A DNA stretch of 64,000 nt, taken from the NCBI RefSeq assembly GCF_009914755.1, contig NC_060934.1, one strand, 5' to 3'. Shown piece after piece: positions 30,168-45,056 of this stretch. A program made the translations under genes and the position numbers. The first letter of the stretch is position 1. Each line of letters opens with the position of its first letter. The DNA is from the human T2T-CHM13v2.0 reference genome, Homo sapiens. Below the pieces are notes generated by a model. That model made no database searches. It saw only the letters and a list, made by a program, of their open reading frames with translations, and had not been told where the DNA came from.

Positions 30168-30613
30168 TGTACCAGCTTGAATAGTGTCCCTTAAAATTCC
30201 ATGTCTACCCAATTCTCAGATTGTGACCTTATTTAGAAATAGGGTCTTGGTAGATGTAACCAAGTTAAGATGAGGTCATATGGATTAGGGTGGGCCCTAA
30301 TCCAATGACTATTGTCCTTATAAGAAAAGGAAAATTTGGAGACACAGACAGACACACTGGGGTGAATGCCATGTGAAGAAAGAGGGAGAAACTGGAGTGA
30401 TATATCAACAAACAAAGGGACACCAAGAGTTGCTAGCCACCACCAGAAACTAGGAGAGAAGCATGAAGCAGATTCTTCTTCAGAGCCTCCAATAGGAACC
30501 AGCATCTTGGTTTTGGATTCCTAGCATCTGGAACTGTGAGAGAAGAAGTTTCTGTTGTTTTAAGCCACCATGTTTGTGGTATTTTGCTATAATAGCCCTA
30601 GTAAACTAATATA
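30168..30613 (+). mobile_element. MLT1C-like MaLR solo LTR
   Basis: tgt...gaatagtgtccc...gtgaccttattt..aaatagggtctt...aagttaagatgaggtcata...gccctagtaaactaatata; inserted just after the L1 ORF2 start. Confidence 0.88.
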
Positions 30614-32228
30614 CACTTAAATCAAAAGACAAAAACTGTACTTAACTGGGGAGGAAAATGCAAGATCCAACTATAAGCTGTTTATAAGGGACAGAATGTA
30701 GATACATATATATATATAATTTGAAAGTAAAAGAATAAAAAAAGATATCTCTATGCCAACATAAGAAAGCTGGAGTGCCTATATTTGTAGGAGACAAAAT
30801 TGACTTTCAGAAAAGAAATATTACTAAAGAAAAAGTGATCATTCATGATAAAATGTTACTACATTGGAAATATGTTAACAATTCAATTTTGCACACCTAC
30901 ATACAGAGCCCCAAAATATATGAAGCAAAAACTGACAGTATTTAAAAGAGAAACAGACATTCCAACAATTAGAATGAAAGATTTCAGTGTTCTACTTTCA
31001 GGAATCAATAGAACAAATAGACACAAAATCAGTAAGGATACAGAAGACTTGAACAACACTATCAAGCAAGGTGATGTAACTAACATTTTATAGAACACCC
31101 CACCCAACACCAAGTAAAGACACATTCATCTCAAGTACACATGCATCTCCAGATAGGCCATATAATAGACCACAAAGTAAGTCTCCATAAATTTAAAAAA
31201 ACTTAAACAATTTAAAGTAGATCCTCAGAAGAAAATAGAATTAAAGCAGAAAACAACAACAGAAAAAAGTCTAAAAGATCCCTATATATTCAGAAGTTAA
31301 ACAGCCAATTTCTAAACAACCCATGTCAAAAATAATGACAGAAGAAATTGGAAAATATTTTGAACTGCATTAAGTAACAAAAAAAGACATATCAAATTTC
31401 TGGGTGCAGGCAAAGCAGTGCTTACAGGAAAATTCACACTTCAGATGTCTGTAATAGAGGAGACGAAAGGTCTCAAATATAATAGAAAATATGAAAGGTC
31501 AGCAATCAAAGTTTCCATCTGAAGAAATTAGAAAAAAAAGAAGAGAAAATTAAATCCAAAGCAAGCATAAAGGAAAAATTAAACATCAGAACAGAAACCA
31601 GTGAGGTGGAAAACAGAATAACAGTAGAGAAAATCAATAAAACCAAAGGCTGGCTATGTCTAAATATCAACAAAACCAATAAACCTGATCAAACCAAAAA
31701 AGTAAACATCAGCCTCTCCCCTCACTGCCTAAAAATACAAGATAAAAGGCAGAAATTGCTAAACTCAAGAATGAAAAAGGAGGGTACCACAACTCACTCC
31801 ACAGAAATTAACACATGTATAGTGAATATTATGGACAACTTTATGACAAAAATCTACAACATAGATAAAATAGAAAAATTCCTAGAAAGGAAAATGTAAT
31901 CAAAACTGATTTAAGAAGAAATAGAATATCTAAATAGACCTATAAAAAGTAATGATATTAAATTGATAATTTAAAAAATCTTCCCACAAAATAAACTTGG
32001 TCCAGATAGCTCCCTAGGTGAATTCTATAAAATATTTAAAGAAGAAATAAGACCAAACCTATGTAAAATCTTTCAGAAAATAAAGAAGGAATACTTCTTG
32101 AGGTATTTGATGAAGTCAGCATTACCAAAGACAGAAAAAGATATCATTAGAAAATAATACTACAGATCAATATGCCTCATAAGCAAATGTTAGCAAGCTG
32201 AATCCAATAACATGTAAAAAATATTACA

Positions 32229-32513
32229 GACTGAGCACAGTGGCTCACATCTATAATCCTATCACTTTTAGAGGCTTAGGCCGGGGGACTGAAACCAGGA
32301 GTTCAAGAGCAGACTGGGAAACATAAGGAGATCCTATCTCTACAAAAAATAAAACAAATTAGCCGGTGAGGGCCTTTGCCTCTGGTCCCACCTGCTTGGG
32401 AGGCTGAGGTGGGAAGATCACTTGAGTCCAGGAGGTCAGTGCAATGGTGATCACACTGGGTGGTGCCTAGACCCGGGCTAAAGGGCAAGACCCTGTCTCA
32501 AAAGATAAAAAAA
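32229..32513 (+). mobile_element. Old Alu (AluJ-like)
   Basis: Diverged dimeric Alu with gaggctgaggtgggaagatcacttgag and gaccctgtctc; decayed TSD aaaaatattaca / aaaagattata. Confidence 0.88.
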
Positions 32514-33748
32514 GATTATATGTTATAATAAAGTAGAATTTATCTCAGGAAGTCAAGGTTGGTTTAATATCTGAAAATTAATTAGTGTAATCTATTGTTT
32601 TAATAGGATAAAAGACAACCAACAAGTAATTATGTCAATAAAAGCAGGAAAAGGATTTAATGAAATTTAACACCCACCAAAAAATAATTCCCAATAATCT
32701 AGAAATAAAAGAGAAATTCTTCAAACTGGTAAAGGGCATCTATACAAAACCCACAAGTAACATCATCTTTAATACAGCAAGACAGAATGCTTATCTTTTG
32801 AGATTGAAATGTCTACTCTTACTACTTCTATTTGACATTGAAAGAAGTTCTTGCCAGTGCAATAAGGCAAGAAAAATAAAGGCATACTGATTAGAAATAA
32901 TCAAAACAGTCTGTTCACAAGCAGCATGATACTGTAAGGAGAAAATTTAAGGGATCAAACTAATTAGCAAGTTGAGCATGGCTGTGATAGTAGATCATCA
33001 TACAGAAGTAAACTGTGTTTCTATTATAGCAATAAAAAATGTGAAAATAAAATTAAAAAAATAATTCCACTACTAAGAGCATCAAAAAGAATAAAATACG
33101 TAGGAAATAGTTAAGAAAAGCAGTACAAGCCTTGCACTCTGAAAATTACAAAACATTGCTGAGAGAAATTAAGGAACATCTAAACAAAGGATGAGATATT
33201 TTGTGTTCACAGATTGGAAAATTTAATATTGTTAAGATGACACTTCTTCCCAAATTGATCTTTAGATTCAATTTATTCTCTACCAAGAGCATAGTAAGTT
33301 ATTTTTTTAATTTTTTACCCTTTTTTACAACTTGAAAAGAGAATTATAACAATTATATAAAAATGCAAAGCACCTACAATAGCTAAAACAAATTTTAAAA
33401 GAACAATTTTGGAAGACTTACAATATCCAATTTCAAAACACACTATAGCTACATAATCCTGACAGTGTGGTATTGGTATAATGACAAACAAATAAAACAA
33501 TGGAACACAACAGAAAGTCCAGAGAAAAAGCTTTATATCTGTGATCCGCTGATTTTTGACAAAGATGCTAAGGCAATATAATAAAGAAAGACTCCTTTCA
33601 ACAAATGGTATTGGGAAAATTAGTCCCAGCTGGAATGGGGCAGTGCCAAAAATAAAAAATAAACTTGGAACCTTACCTCCCACTGTACACAAAAATTATG
33701 TAAAAACAGATAATAGAAATAAATGTAAGAACTAAAACATTCTACAAG

Positions 33749-34116
33749 TGTACTAGTCCATTTTCATGCTGCTGATAAAGACATACCCAACACTGGGTAA
33801 TTTATACAGGAAAAAGAGTTTAATGGACTTACAGTTCCACATGGCTGGGTAGCCCTCACAATCATGGGGGAAGGCAAGGAGGAGCAAATCACATCTTACG
33901 TGGCTGACAGCAGGCAAAGAGGGCTTGTGCAGGGAAACCTCCGTTTTTAAAACTATCAGATTTTGTGAGACTCATTCACTATCACAAGAGCAGTGCAGGA
34001 AAGACCTGCTCCCGTAACTCAGTCACCTCCCACCAGCTTCCTCCCATGACACCTGGGAATTGTGGGAGTTACAATTCAAGATGAGATTTGGGCAGGGACA
34101 CAGCCAAACCATATCA
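33749..34116 (-). mobile_element. THE1B-like MaLR solo LTR
   Basis: Reverse begins tgatatggtttggctgtgtccc; 5-bp TSD acaag / ataag. Confidence 0.9.
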
Positions 34117-37100
34117 ATAAGAAAACAAAAGAAATTACATTTCTCATTTAGAGTTAGGAAAATAGTTCCTAGATATGACACCAAAAATGTGAAAGAACAT
34201 ATTGATAGATTTGAACTTCTTCAAAATTTTAAAAACACGTTTTTCAGAAGATAAACATTAAAAAATTAAAAACAAGCTGAACACAGGGAGGAAATATTTA
34301 TATTTAGATATTTGATAAAGGACTTGTATCAAGGATATATAAAGAATTCTTACAACTCAATAATAAAAAGACAATCCAATAAAACATGAAGAAAAATTTA
34401 AACAGACACATCACCAAAGAAGATAGATGAATAGCTAATATTTCCATGAAAAGATGCTCAGCAACATTAGTCATTAAAGAGCTGCAAATTAATGTCCTGG
34501 TGAGATACCACTCTACATCCATCAGAAGGGTATAACAAAAAAGACTACAGGGAAAAGGATGGTTGATAAGGATGCAGAGAAAACGGAATCCTCATGCATT
34601 GCTGGTGGGAATATAAATTAATACAACTACTTTAGAAATATCTCAGCAGATTTTTTTAAAAATTAAAGCTATACTTAACATATAACCAGCCATTCCACTC
34701 TTAGGTGTCTACCAAAGAGAAATGAAAACATAGCCAGGCAAAAGTCTGTCAGTGAATCCTCTTAGCAACATCATTCTTAATATGAAAAAGCTGGAAGTTA
34801 TCCACATGTACATCTACTACTGAATGGATAAACAAAATGTGGTATATGTGTTTAATGGAACACTAGCAACTAAAGAGGAGCTAAACATGAAACAACATGG
34901 ATGAATCCCAGAAACATTATGTTACATAAAAAAGCCACACATAAAAGAGCACACATTTTATAATTCAAATTCCATGAAATTTCTAGGAAAGAAAAATCCA
35001 CAGAGACATAAAGGATATCAGTGGTTGCCTGTTAAGAGTGAAGACTGACTGCAAACTGCCACAGGAATCTTTTTGGAGTGATGGGAATGTTCTAAACCTG
35101 GATTGTGGTTATGGATAAACAAATCTATAATTACTAAATATCATTAAACAATAGAATTACAGTTGAACTTTATGTTATTTAAACCATAACTTCACAAATC
35201 TGTTAAGAAAAAGTTGCAGAATCAGAAGCTTTACAAAGCTATGTAAATCCATAAAACTTAGGTAGATGAACTTCAATGTGAGCCAAAGGAAGGAAATTTA
35301 TTTAATAAAAAATGGAATTTGACATATTAGCTAGAAAATAGGGAAGAGATTTAGACATTTTTGTGATGTAGATATCATTGTAGGCTTTCTCCTAAATCTA
35401 TCAGCCTAAACTATGGAATAAAACATTAGAAAAAGTAAAATGTCATAATAATAGGCAATGCTGAGTAGACTACAATGAAGTGATCCCTTCTTCTATTAGA
35501 TATAAATATCTTTTACTTATGTATTAAGATTATTCTCCATGATTATCCTCTTGAGCCTAAAAGGGAAGGCTTATGTCCCAGTTGGAAAGGATTAAGGGTC
35601 TCCTTCTTTGAAAAAATAGATATTTGCAGTGTCTATTCTTGCAGTATAGGCGAGAACCAAAACAGGAAATCAGAACATGGAAGCTAATTTTTAGGAGAGA
35701 GAAAAATTTTATATCCTTCCTAGGCTTTGACTTTGGGAGGGTTTTTGGGACAGTGGATATCTGAGTAATAGAGGCACATAGAACTTGAATGGGAATTACA
35801 GAAGGCTACTGTCACAATGTGGTAATATTAAAAATGAAAATGACTTCAACCTGAGACAATGAAAATTGAAAACAAATTTTAAAAACATTAACCAATAAAA
35901 ACTATGACATAATTTATTGGGCTCCATTAAACATCAGCTTTCCTGGGATATGATACAAGTTTAAAATTATAAAAATACATATTTATAAAGCATTCAGATT
36001 AATTGGTAGGTGATAGAAGAAATTGGGAGTATTTATGGTGTCTTGAAACATTAAGTGCTCCCTAAATTCTTACTGAATTGAAACAGTCTTGATTGAGATA
36101 GGACTGTGTGTCCTTTTACTAATACTTGCTCACAATTTGTTCCCCAATCTCTGCCTAGCTCAGTGCTTGACACATATTAGATAACCAATCAGTAGTGGGT
36201 GAGTGAAAAAATGCCTTATGGTTTTCAAGATTTGGGTTTTTTCGTTCATTTGGGTTGTTTGTTTTGCTGGGCAATTCTACTTTTATTCACGAAATTATTT
36301 AATATTCAACCTTTATTGGAAAACACAGATCTATAAATTGCTCCTTGGTGTCACTTCTGGATGGGACTAACAGTCCATTAAGATAAATGAGTTAGGCATT
36401 TCTTACAATTTTATGACTGGCCCCACAAAACATATCCCTCCTTACTACCTCTTCTACTATCCTATGTTCCCTCCCAACTCCCTAAATGTTTTGCATGTGC
36501 ATGTTTATTTCTATATAGGTGGAGTTAATTATCTTTCTATTGTGATGTCCCTGTCACTTTTATGTGCTCTGTCATGATTGCTTGATGTTTTTCTTGTAAC
36601 AACATTGTATTCTATTTGAAAATACATTTTACAGTGTAAAGCACTGATCATACTTAAGACATTAAAACTACGGAACTAAAATCAACACTTTGAAGATAAT
36701 GAATCAATTTAGATTGGATTTTTAAAAGAATATGTCAACTTAATAAGCTATAAGAAAAATTAGTATAGATGAAACAGGAAATTATCTTGTAAAGGTAGCT
36801 CATGTTTATAAATATAATTTGTGCTATAATTGGGATATTAAATTTACTTGGTAAGTTAGTGTATTTCGTTGAGCTTTATGTTTTGTTGTTTGAGAAGCAC
36901 AGCATAAAGTAAACTGTAGCATTAAAAGCCAGACTCATTCCAATTTATTTTTATGGCATAGTGCAAAACAACCCAAGCTTAAAGTATATTCAGGCACTGA
37001 GACTTAAATCCCTAATGGTAAGAAAGTCGTTCCGTAAACAGATGTGATCATGGATTCTGAGTTTATTTGCTTGTGGCAAAAATAAAAGTACCAACTCAAT

Positions 37101-37691
37101 AAGTTTTAATTTATAGGCCTCTACACCAGAAAGCCTGTGGGCACTTTGAACAAAACTGACTAAAAATAAAATTTAGTAAAATAAAACCTCATCTGCCCCA
37201 TTCTCCATATACACCAGGGAATGCAAATCCCCAAATGGATAGGGAGAGACTTCTCCATGTCTTCTCTCAGTGCTCTCTTAAACTGTAGCTATGCTGTGTT
37301 CTAGGAGAGGATTTTATGATTGACTATGCTTCTGACACTTGGGAATGGAAAAGAGGAGCTGGGGATGGTCATTCCACTTCAGAAGGTTTTCAGAGAACCA
37401 TGACTCTATCTAACCTGTGGTCATGAAAACATGCAGAGCTTTTCTGTTCTCTCCCACAGAGAATATTATGTGTCTCTTTCTCTAGCAGAAATCTCCTTTG
37501 TGTATTTCTTAAAAAACATAAAGACTGTGCTCGTTTCTAATACGTAAACAGCAGCAAATTCTCTGATCCTAACGTTGCATATAAAATATACTAAAAATTC
37601 TTATTCATGTGAAATACAAGTCACAGAACAAAGAGACAGGTGCATGGTCTTGACCCTGAAAACAAGGTGTTTTTGCTGCAAGGAATGCTCA

Positions 37692-37943
<252 letters not shown>

Positions 37944-39204
37944 TTATCAGCCACCACCTGAGAGAGAAATATTTTCCTCACTGTGCTTTCAATCAAGAGT
38001 TTGCTTTTGTAGAGAGTAATTTTCAGGAGTTATTCTTTACTTACTAAAGAAAGTAAAATGCCTTTCAGCTGAACACTCTGAAAAAAATAAAAAGCTAATA
38101 TGGTCCTTAAGATGGGGGTGCCTATAACTAGCAAGTAATTTGAGCCTTAAACTTACGAGTGGGATTGTACCATATAGTATTTAAAGAACCAATTTTACAA
38201 TGTTTTAATGTCTCATTTTATTATACTGTGTAATGAAAAATAACACATAGCAAAGTTTTATAAAATCCATATTAATATCACAAAAACTTCCTATATTTTT
38301 CTTTAATAGATTTTTAAATCTGAATGTACTAATCTTGAAATATTTTTAGCATTGTACAAATCTTCTCTTTGTTTTTTTGCTTTAAAACTCTATTATAGCT
38401 AAACATAAAAATGTAATAATGTTTATCGATTACCTAAATGTAAAGAAAGAGAATAACTGTAAAATTATTATTTTTATTCTGAGTACTTAACATACTATTC
38501 AATAATCCATAAGCCAGCAAGCAAATTTTACACTGCCATTATTCTTAGACTAAGAAAAACTTACATCCCACCAATGTATTCTGGATGACAACTTGCCCAA
38601 TTACATTCTAAATAAGTCTCAAAGTATACTATTGCCCCTACAAGGACTTAGGTCTCAAGTGGATAATGATTCCAACTTATTTATGCAAGTGACTTAACTA
38701 TGTTTGTGCAAAATTCATTTACCCCTCTCCATCACTTGCTGATATCAAATGCACAAGGACGGATAAAAGACAAGGCATGATGCTATCCTGATTGAATCCA
38801 TACATGAAAATCAAGAATATTCCATCTGTACGCTTTCTTATATTAGTACTATGAAACTTTGCGTACATCATATTTAATTTATACAGGAAGCACATTAGTA
38901 GAGTAAAGATTAATATTTTTGATTGTCAGATGAAAAACTGAGAGAGAAACTAAGCGATTGTCCAGACTGATATAAATAAATTGTGATTGGAGCTTGAATT
39001 AGAACCCAAGGTTCATTCCATTAAACCTCACAGAACCAATAGTACATCTTATTATTGAAAATATGTTTTGGTGATAGGGGCCTTTTCCTTTTTAAATAGG
39101 TCATGGTCAGTTTGCCAAATAACAGCCTTATGAAGAAAAAGGAAGGGATTCTGTTTTGGCCAGAAATCTTCTCTATGTTATTAATAAACATCTACAAAAT
39201 ACAT

Positions 39205-39660
39205 ATGGTGGAGTTCCTAGATAATTCAATAAGACGAGAAAATAAAATAAAAGGTATAGGGATTGGGATGGAAGAAACAAAACTGCCTCTGTTCACAGTT
39301 GACATAATTGTCTAGGTAGAAAATCCCAAAGAACTGACAAAAAAAAAAAAAACCTCCTGAAACTAGTAAACGTTTATAGCAAGGTTGTGGGATAAAAGGT
39401 TGATATACAAAAGTTAATCTCTTTCCTATATACTAGCAAAGAATAAGTGAAATTTGAAATTAAAAACAAAACGCCACTTTTATTGGCATCCCCAAAAATG
39501 CCACGTAGGTTTATCAGTGTTAACAAACGCACCACTGTGGTGCAGGGTATTGATGGATGGGGAGGCTGTACATGAGTACAGAGTATATGGGAAATCTCTG
39601 TACCTTCCTCCCAATTTTTGCTGTAAATCTAAAATTCCTCTAAAAAATAAATCTTAAAAT
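39205..39660 (+). mobile_element. L1M fragments (ORF2 piece joined to a 3' end)
   Basis: IGMEETKLPLFTVDIIV resembles the L1 RT motif [11 protein letters not shown]; L1MC-like 3' end gtatatgggaaatctctgtaccttcc. Confidence 0.75.
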
Positions 39661-39886
39661 TATCATATCCCAATTTTTTAATTATATCATTGTTTCATAA
39701 ATGTATATGTCTCTCAATGTGCACATATTATCTTCTTTATGTGTTCCTTAATGATGCAGGTTAAATATATCTATTAATATATATAAAATGTATCAATGTA
39801 TATACTTATGCATATTAAATGTTTAATAATTTAAAAATATAATTATTTTGTGAATTCCTAAGCCAAACAATGGATAACTTTCTTCA

Positions 39887-40099
<213 letters not shown>

Positions 40100-40482
40100 C
40101 TAAGAATGGGGTCAGGGAAGGCAATTATGGCAAAAAATTAGCACAATATGGTAGAGATCAAAATGACTTAAATCTGTTCAAGAGATTATGAGCAGATATG
40201 CAGAGTTTATACAGCATATATATAAACATTTCCAAAAATCGGAATATAGGCCTGAGATTGAAAACCACTTTTTAATCAATATGAAAAGAATGTCAAGTAT
40301 ACAAATCTTATTTTTCCATAAGTCAATGAGGATGCAAATGCTCTGAGTCATTGCAGAGAGCTGTAGAATTTATAGATTGGTAACTGAGATTCCTTTCTTA
40401 AACCCTGCAAGAATTTAAAACCAAACAAATAACCAGTGACAACAATCAAACATATATGATCCTGGTCAAGGAAATTACAGTG

Positions 40483-40890
40483 TTTTTTTTTTTCTTTTTA
40501 TACTTTCATTTTAGGTTTTGGGGGTTCACGTGCAGGTTTGTTACATGGGTAAATGGCATGTTGTTGAGGCTTGGTGTATGAAGAATTCCATCACCCAGGT
40601 AGTGAGCATAGTACCTGATAAGCAGCCTTCCAATTCACACTTCCCTCCGTCCCTCCCCTCTCAAGTAGTCTCTGGTGTCTGTTGTTCCTATCTTTGTGTC
40701 CATGTGTATTCAGTTTTTAGCTCCCACTTATAAGTGAAACATGTGGTGTCTGATTTTCTGTTCCTGTGTTAGTTTGCTTAGAATACTGGCCTCCAGCTTC
40801 ATTCATGTTACTGCAAAGGACATGATTTTGCTATTTTTATGGCTGTGTAGTATTCCACAGTGTGTGTCTGTGTGTGTGTATGTGTGTGTA
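40483..40890 (-). mobile_element. L1 3' end (L1PA15/16-like) ending in a (TG)n tract
   Basis: Poly(T) then gtgcaggtttgttacatgggtaaat...ccatcacccaggtagtgagcatagtacc. Confidence 0.85.
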
Positions 40891-42579
40891 TATAGTATTT
40901 TAAGAGTTTGTTTCTTATCCAGAAGCCTCTTTAACTAAAATATCATATTGCTTAAGTAAATAATCCAATCATTTTTAATCCTGACTGTCAAGTACTGTAA
41001 CAACCTAAAAAATTATCATGTTCACCCACCAAAACATACATTTTAGTGACAGTGTAAAAGCCAATTTAGGTCTATGGAAAATTCAACAACAGACATGAAA
41101 AATGGCATTTTTCCTTTTTTGTTTCTTCATTTTGTATGAGAATTTCTCCAAGTGAATTGTGCATGATATTTATCCACCAGATGCTGGGAATCCGAGGTAA
41201 AGTAAGAAAAGGAAAAATTATGTAAGAGAAGAAAGGAGTGACACTTGAAAATGTAGCTGTACCCAATGAAAATTTTACAAACTGGTTTAAAAAAAGTTGA
41301 AGGTTTTTCAAACATCTGCAGTGCTAACATATTTTGAAACACATACACATGCTCCACCACCGCCACTACAACCACCACACATCCACGATCACACATTTGT
41401 ATTTAGAGAGGACTTATTTTTTAAAAAAAAATTAAAGCTGTAAGAAGTGTATTTTTCTTAATTATTCTGGATACATCGTCGACTATTCTATAAGCTACTT
41501 GAAAAAACAGAAAAGAAAGTCTGCAAGAAGCTGTTTTTTCTACTCTCTTTCCAAACGACTAGTATTATGGTTGAAATGACAAGAATAATTAAGAAAAATG
41601 GCCATATTCCATATCTGTAGGAGCAAAAATACAGTTGTTTGCACACTTTGTGTGTGTGTATATGTGTGCAGCTAAGCCTCCAAGAAAAGATAATGAAGAT
41701 AAAAATTAAATGTTTAACCAAGCAACAAATTTTCATTGCAAAGCATGTTGGTGTTTTTATTTAAGATTTATTTCAATAGGAAATATATTTTGACCACTTT
41801 GTAGGCATGAAAACAGACTATGTATTAAAAATGGCGACCTTAATATGTTTTTGACATTCTTACCACTAAAATACTTAAACATCTTGTTATTTAAGAAAAT
41901 AGGCCATGCTTTAGTGCAGTAGAAGATAACTTGGAAGCAAATAGCTTCATAGTCCATATTATGGTATTAAGACTTATCTGAGTTGCTCTCCGCTCTTGTT
42001 ATTCTATTTGTTATAGATTTATGAGATTTTCCTCCAACTGGCCTCTACATTGGGACTGCAGTGAACAAGTGACTTCACTCTTAAAACCTAGCCTGACTTG
42101 TATTATTTTGGGGATTATATTGTTTACATTCTGCCTCGTATAGGTGAGTTCACATAGATTATCTGGATACCAACATGCCTTTTTTTAAAAAAAGGCTGTG
42201 TCTTTTAAACTCTTATTAGCTTCAAAAATATTCCTTTGGGTCCAACAAGACTGTGACAACAAGATGACCAGAATATTTCCACTACTTTAATCTTGCCACT
42301 TCATAAATGGACCTAAGAACTAAGGTCACAATCATTGTCATAAACGTTTTGTTCCCATACATGTACACCCAACCAGATTCAGGAATGAAGGTAAGAAATT
42401 AGTTATCTAGGAGAAATGTCTCATGAAATAGGTCAGGATGTTTTCCTAATGCCAAGTCATAGGTTAGAACATATAGTATATAGAGCAAACGGAAAATGTG
42501 AAAGAAAATTAAATTACTCTTTTCTACAATGAACAACTCAGATAATTCTGATGCAAACTCCTCTAAAACACAGAACACA

Positions 42580-42790
42580 TAGCTGAGAAGGGCAATATGG
42601 TTTAATGGACTAGACATCCATTAGGTTCTAAGCCCCAGCATTACTGTGTATTCACCGTATCAACTTAGGAAAATTACTGAACCTTTCTGAGTCTCAGGAT
42701 CCTCGTCTTTAAAATAGAAATGTATGTATCATGCCTAACCTATGGAGTTGTTGGGTCCATATATGTGAAAACATTTGTGAAAGTGCAGGA
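42580..42790 (+). mobile_element. MIR
   Basis: MIR core: ttactgaacctttctgagtctcaggatcctcgtctttaaaatag. Confidence 0.65.
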
Positions 42791-43959
42791 GACTACCTGA
42801 AGAAAAGTGATTATTATCACTCCCAAAATGTTCTAAATGAGTAGACTAGAAGAATTGCTGTAACTCCCTTTATTCTGCCATTTCTTCTTTATTTAACTGC
42901 AATTCCAATACTTTTTTTCTCTCTTACTATTTTTCTACTTTCATTTCTGCTCAGTCTGCCCAATTCAACCTCTGGGCATTCATTTTAATTCTCAGTGTCA
43001 AAATGAGTCAAATCCATTACTACTAAAGGTTCAGTTTCTTTTGTAGTTTGAAAATTAGAGAGCTACTGCTCGGGGCTCAAAAATCTTTTTTTATTAAAAA
43101 GGGAACTTTTGGTTGCACGTTATTTGTTGTAACGGGATTTGAGCTGTATATCAATTAATTGTGCAACAAATTTATATTATAAAAGCATTTAGGGAAATGA
43201 ATGGTTATTGTGTATGACAGCCATGTCATAGAATTGGATATGAAAGAAACATGAAAGAATTGATTCAAATCACTAGAGCTTATATTCATACCCTTGAAAG
43301 TAGTAAATAGTAAAGAGATTGAAACAGTCCCCTAACTCCTTCCAGTATAGTTTTAAAAAGCCATGATAACTTGAACCAAAAATATACAGTTACAAAAACA
43401 CTTTTGCTACAGACATAGGGATAGCCTATATGACTTTGGTGATTTTTAGCAGATTGAAGGGAGAAAAATGTTTTATTCATCCCTACATTCTTGGTACTTG
43501 CTTGTAGAATTCTTCAAAAGTAGTCCACAGAACTAAATTCCCCTTTGTGTGCCTATAATTTGGAGCAAGCCTTTTACAGATAAGGTTATATATTGGAGGC
43601 AGATAGGGTTACATATTGGGGGCTTAACCTTGCTATAAAATGACCAACTATAACAAAGAAATCTATGTAAGTCCAAATTCTCGAAGATCTTTTCTAAAGT
43701 ATTTTATCAGTGAAGTTACCAAAATATTATTAGGTCATAACTACATTTCTCTGTAACATAGTCCTGTAACCTGAACTATGAAGTCAAAGCTGGAATCAGA
43801 TGGACTTTAGAAACTTGGCCTCCCCAGAGTTGTACAGGAACATCAACAGCAGTATATGACTGCACTCAACCTAGAGACTGCTTATTAGAGTTGTCTGTGT
43901 AGAAAATAGCTGTATTAAAAATTTCTGTAATAAATTAGGGACTCTTATTGGAAGCTACT

Positions 43960-44245
43960 TTTTCTTTGGGAGGGAGTTTCTCTCTGTTGCCAGGCTGGAG
44001 TGCAGTGGTACAATCTCGGCTCACTAAAACCTCCACCTCCGGGTTCAAGTGATTCTCCTGCCTTGGCCTCCACAGTAGCTGAAGTTACACAAGCATGCCA
44101 CCACGCCCAGATAATTCTTGTATTTTCGGTAGATACAGGGTTTCACCACGTTGGCCAGGATGGTCCCCATCTCTTGACCTCGTGATCCACCCGCTTCGGC
44201 CTCCCAAAGTGCCGTGATTATAGGCATGAGCCACCACGCCTGGCC
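43960..44245 (-). mobile_element. Alu (AluSc-like), the only minus-strand full Alu I found in the gene
   Basis: Full dimer; TSD ggaagctact at 43950-43959 and 44246-44255. Confidence 0.95.
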
Positions 44246-44918
44246 GGAAGCTACTATTTTATTTCTATGACAATGTGATCTTCTAATACATATAAGCTCA
44301 CCTTCCACATGGTGGGTCCCACGACTCCTCCCCTTTAATCTTAGTTTCGGGGCTCTAGAAAAGAATTTCTATTTCACTAAGGCAGCCCGTGGGACTCCCA
44401 AAAATTAATCTCCTGTAATCTGCATAACCTGCATTTTAAAAGAGACTATTTTAAATGGCTCCTATAAGTTTAATTGCATTTATATAGCTGACTACAGATA
44501 AGGGTTTTGTTTTTGTTTTTGAAATTCCTAAAAGTGTCACTTTACAGGATGCCAGATCATTGAGGCATGCCCATTCTTAGCACAACATAGAAACTCACTG
44601 AAGCTGGAAGGGTTAAAATCAAATTTCCACACCCCCATGTAAACTCTACCATCCTGTAGGGTGGGGGACAGGGGAAGTCTTAGTAATAAGATCTCTAACA
44701 CAAAATGTTAATTCACTATATAATCCTAAATCTTACATAAATGTAATTTTTTTATTGGAGTTTTTTTTTGGGGGGGCAAATCATGGATTCACTTCCTTTT
44801 GCTGATAGCCTCTTATTTATTCAATTCTTGCTAACTCCAGTACCTTAGAAAAGTGCATTCCGAAAATAAACTGGATCATACTGTGAAAGTAGCTTATTGC
44901 TGAATAGGTCAATTCCTA

Positions 44919-45056
<138 letters not shown>

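Larger units (their letters stand above)
26590..35210 (+). mobile_element. Near full-length ancient LINE-1 (L1ME1/L1MD-like) in intron 4, antisense to TMEM26, with five nested elements
   Basis: Colinear remnants: 5' region, ORF1 C-terminus (CQPIILYIAKLSFKHEGKIRTFPD at about 29417-29490), ORF2 endonuclease start (MAAVNLTISIITLNINGLN at 30107), RT/C-terminal remnants to about 34870, L1M 3' UTR to about 35210. Confidence 0.85.
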
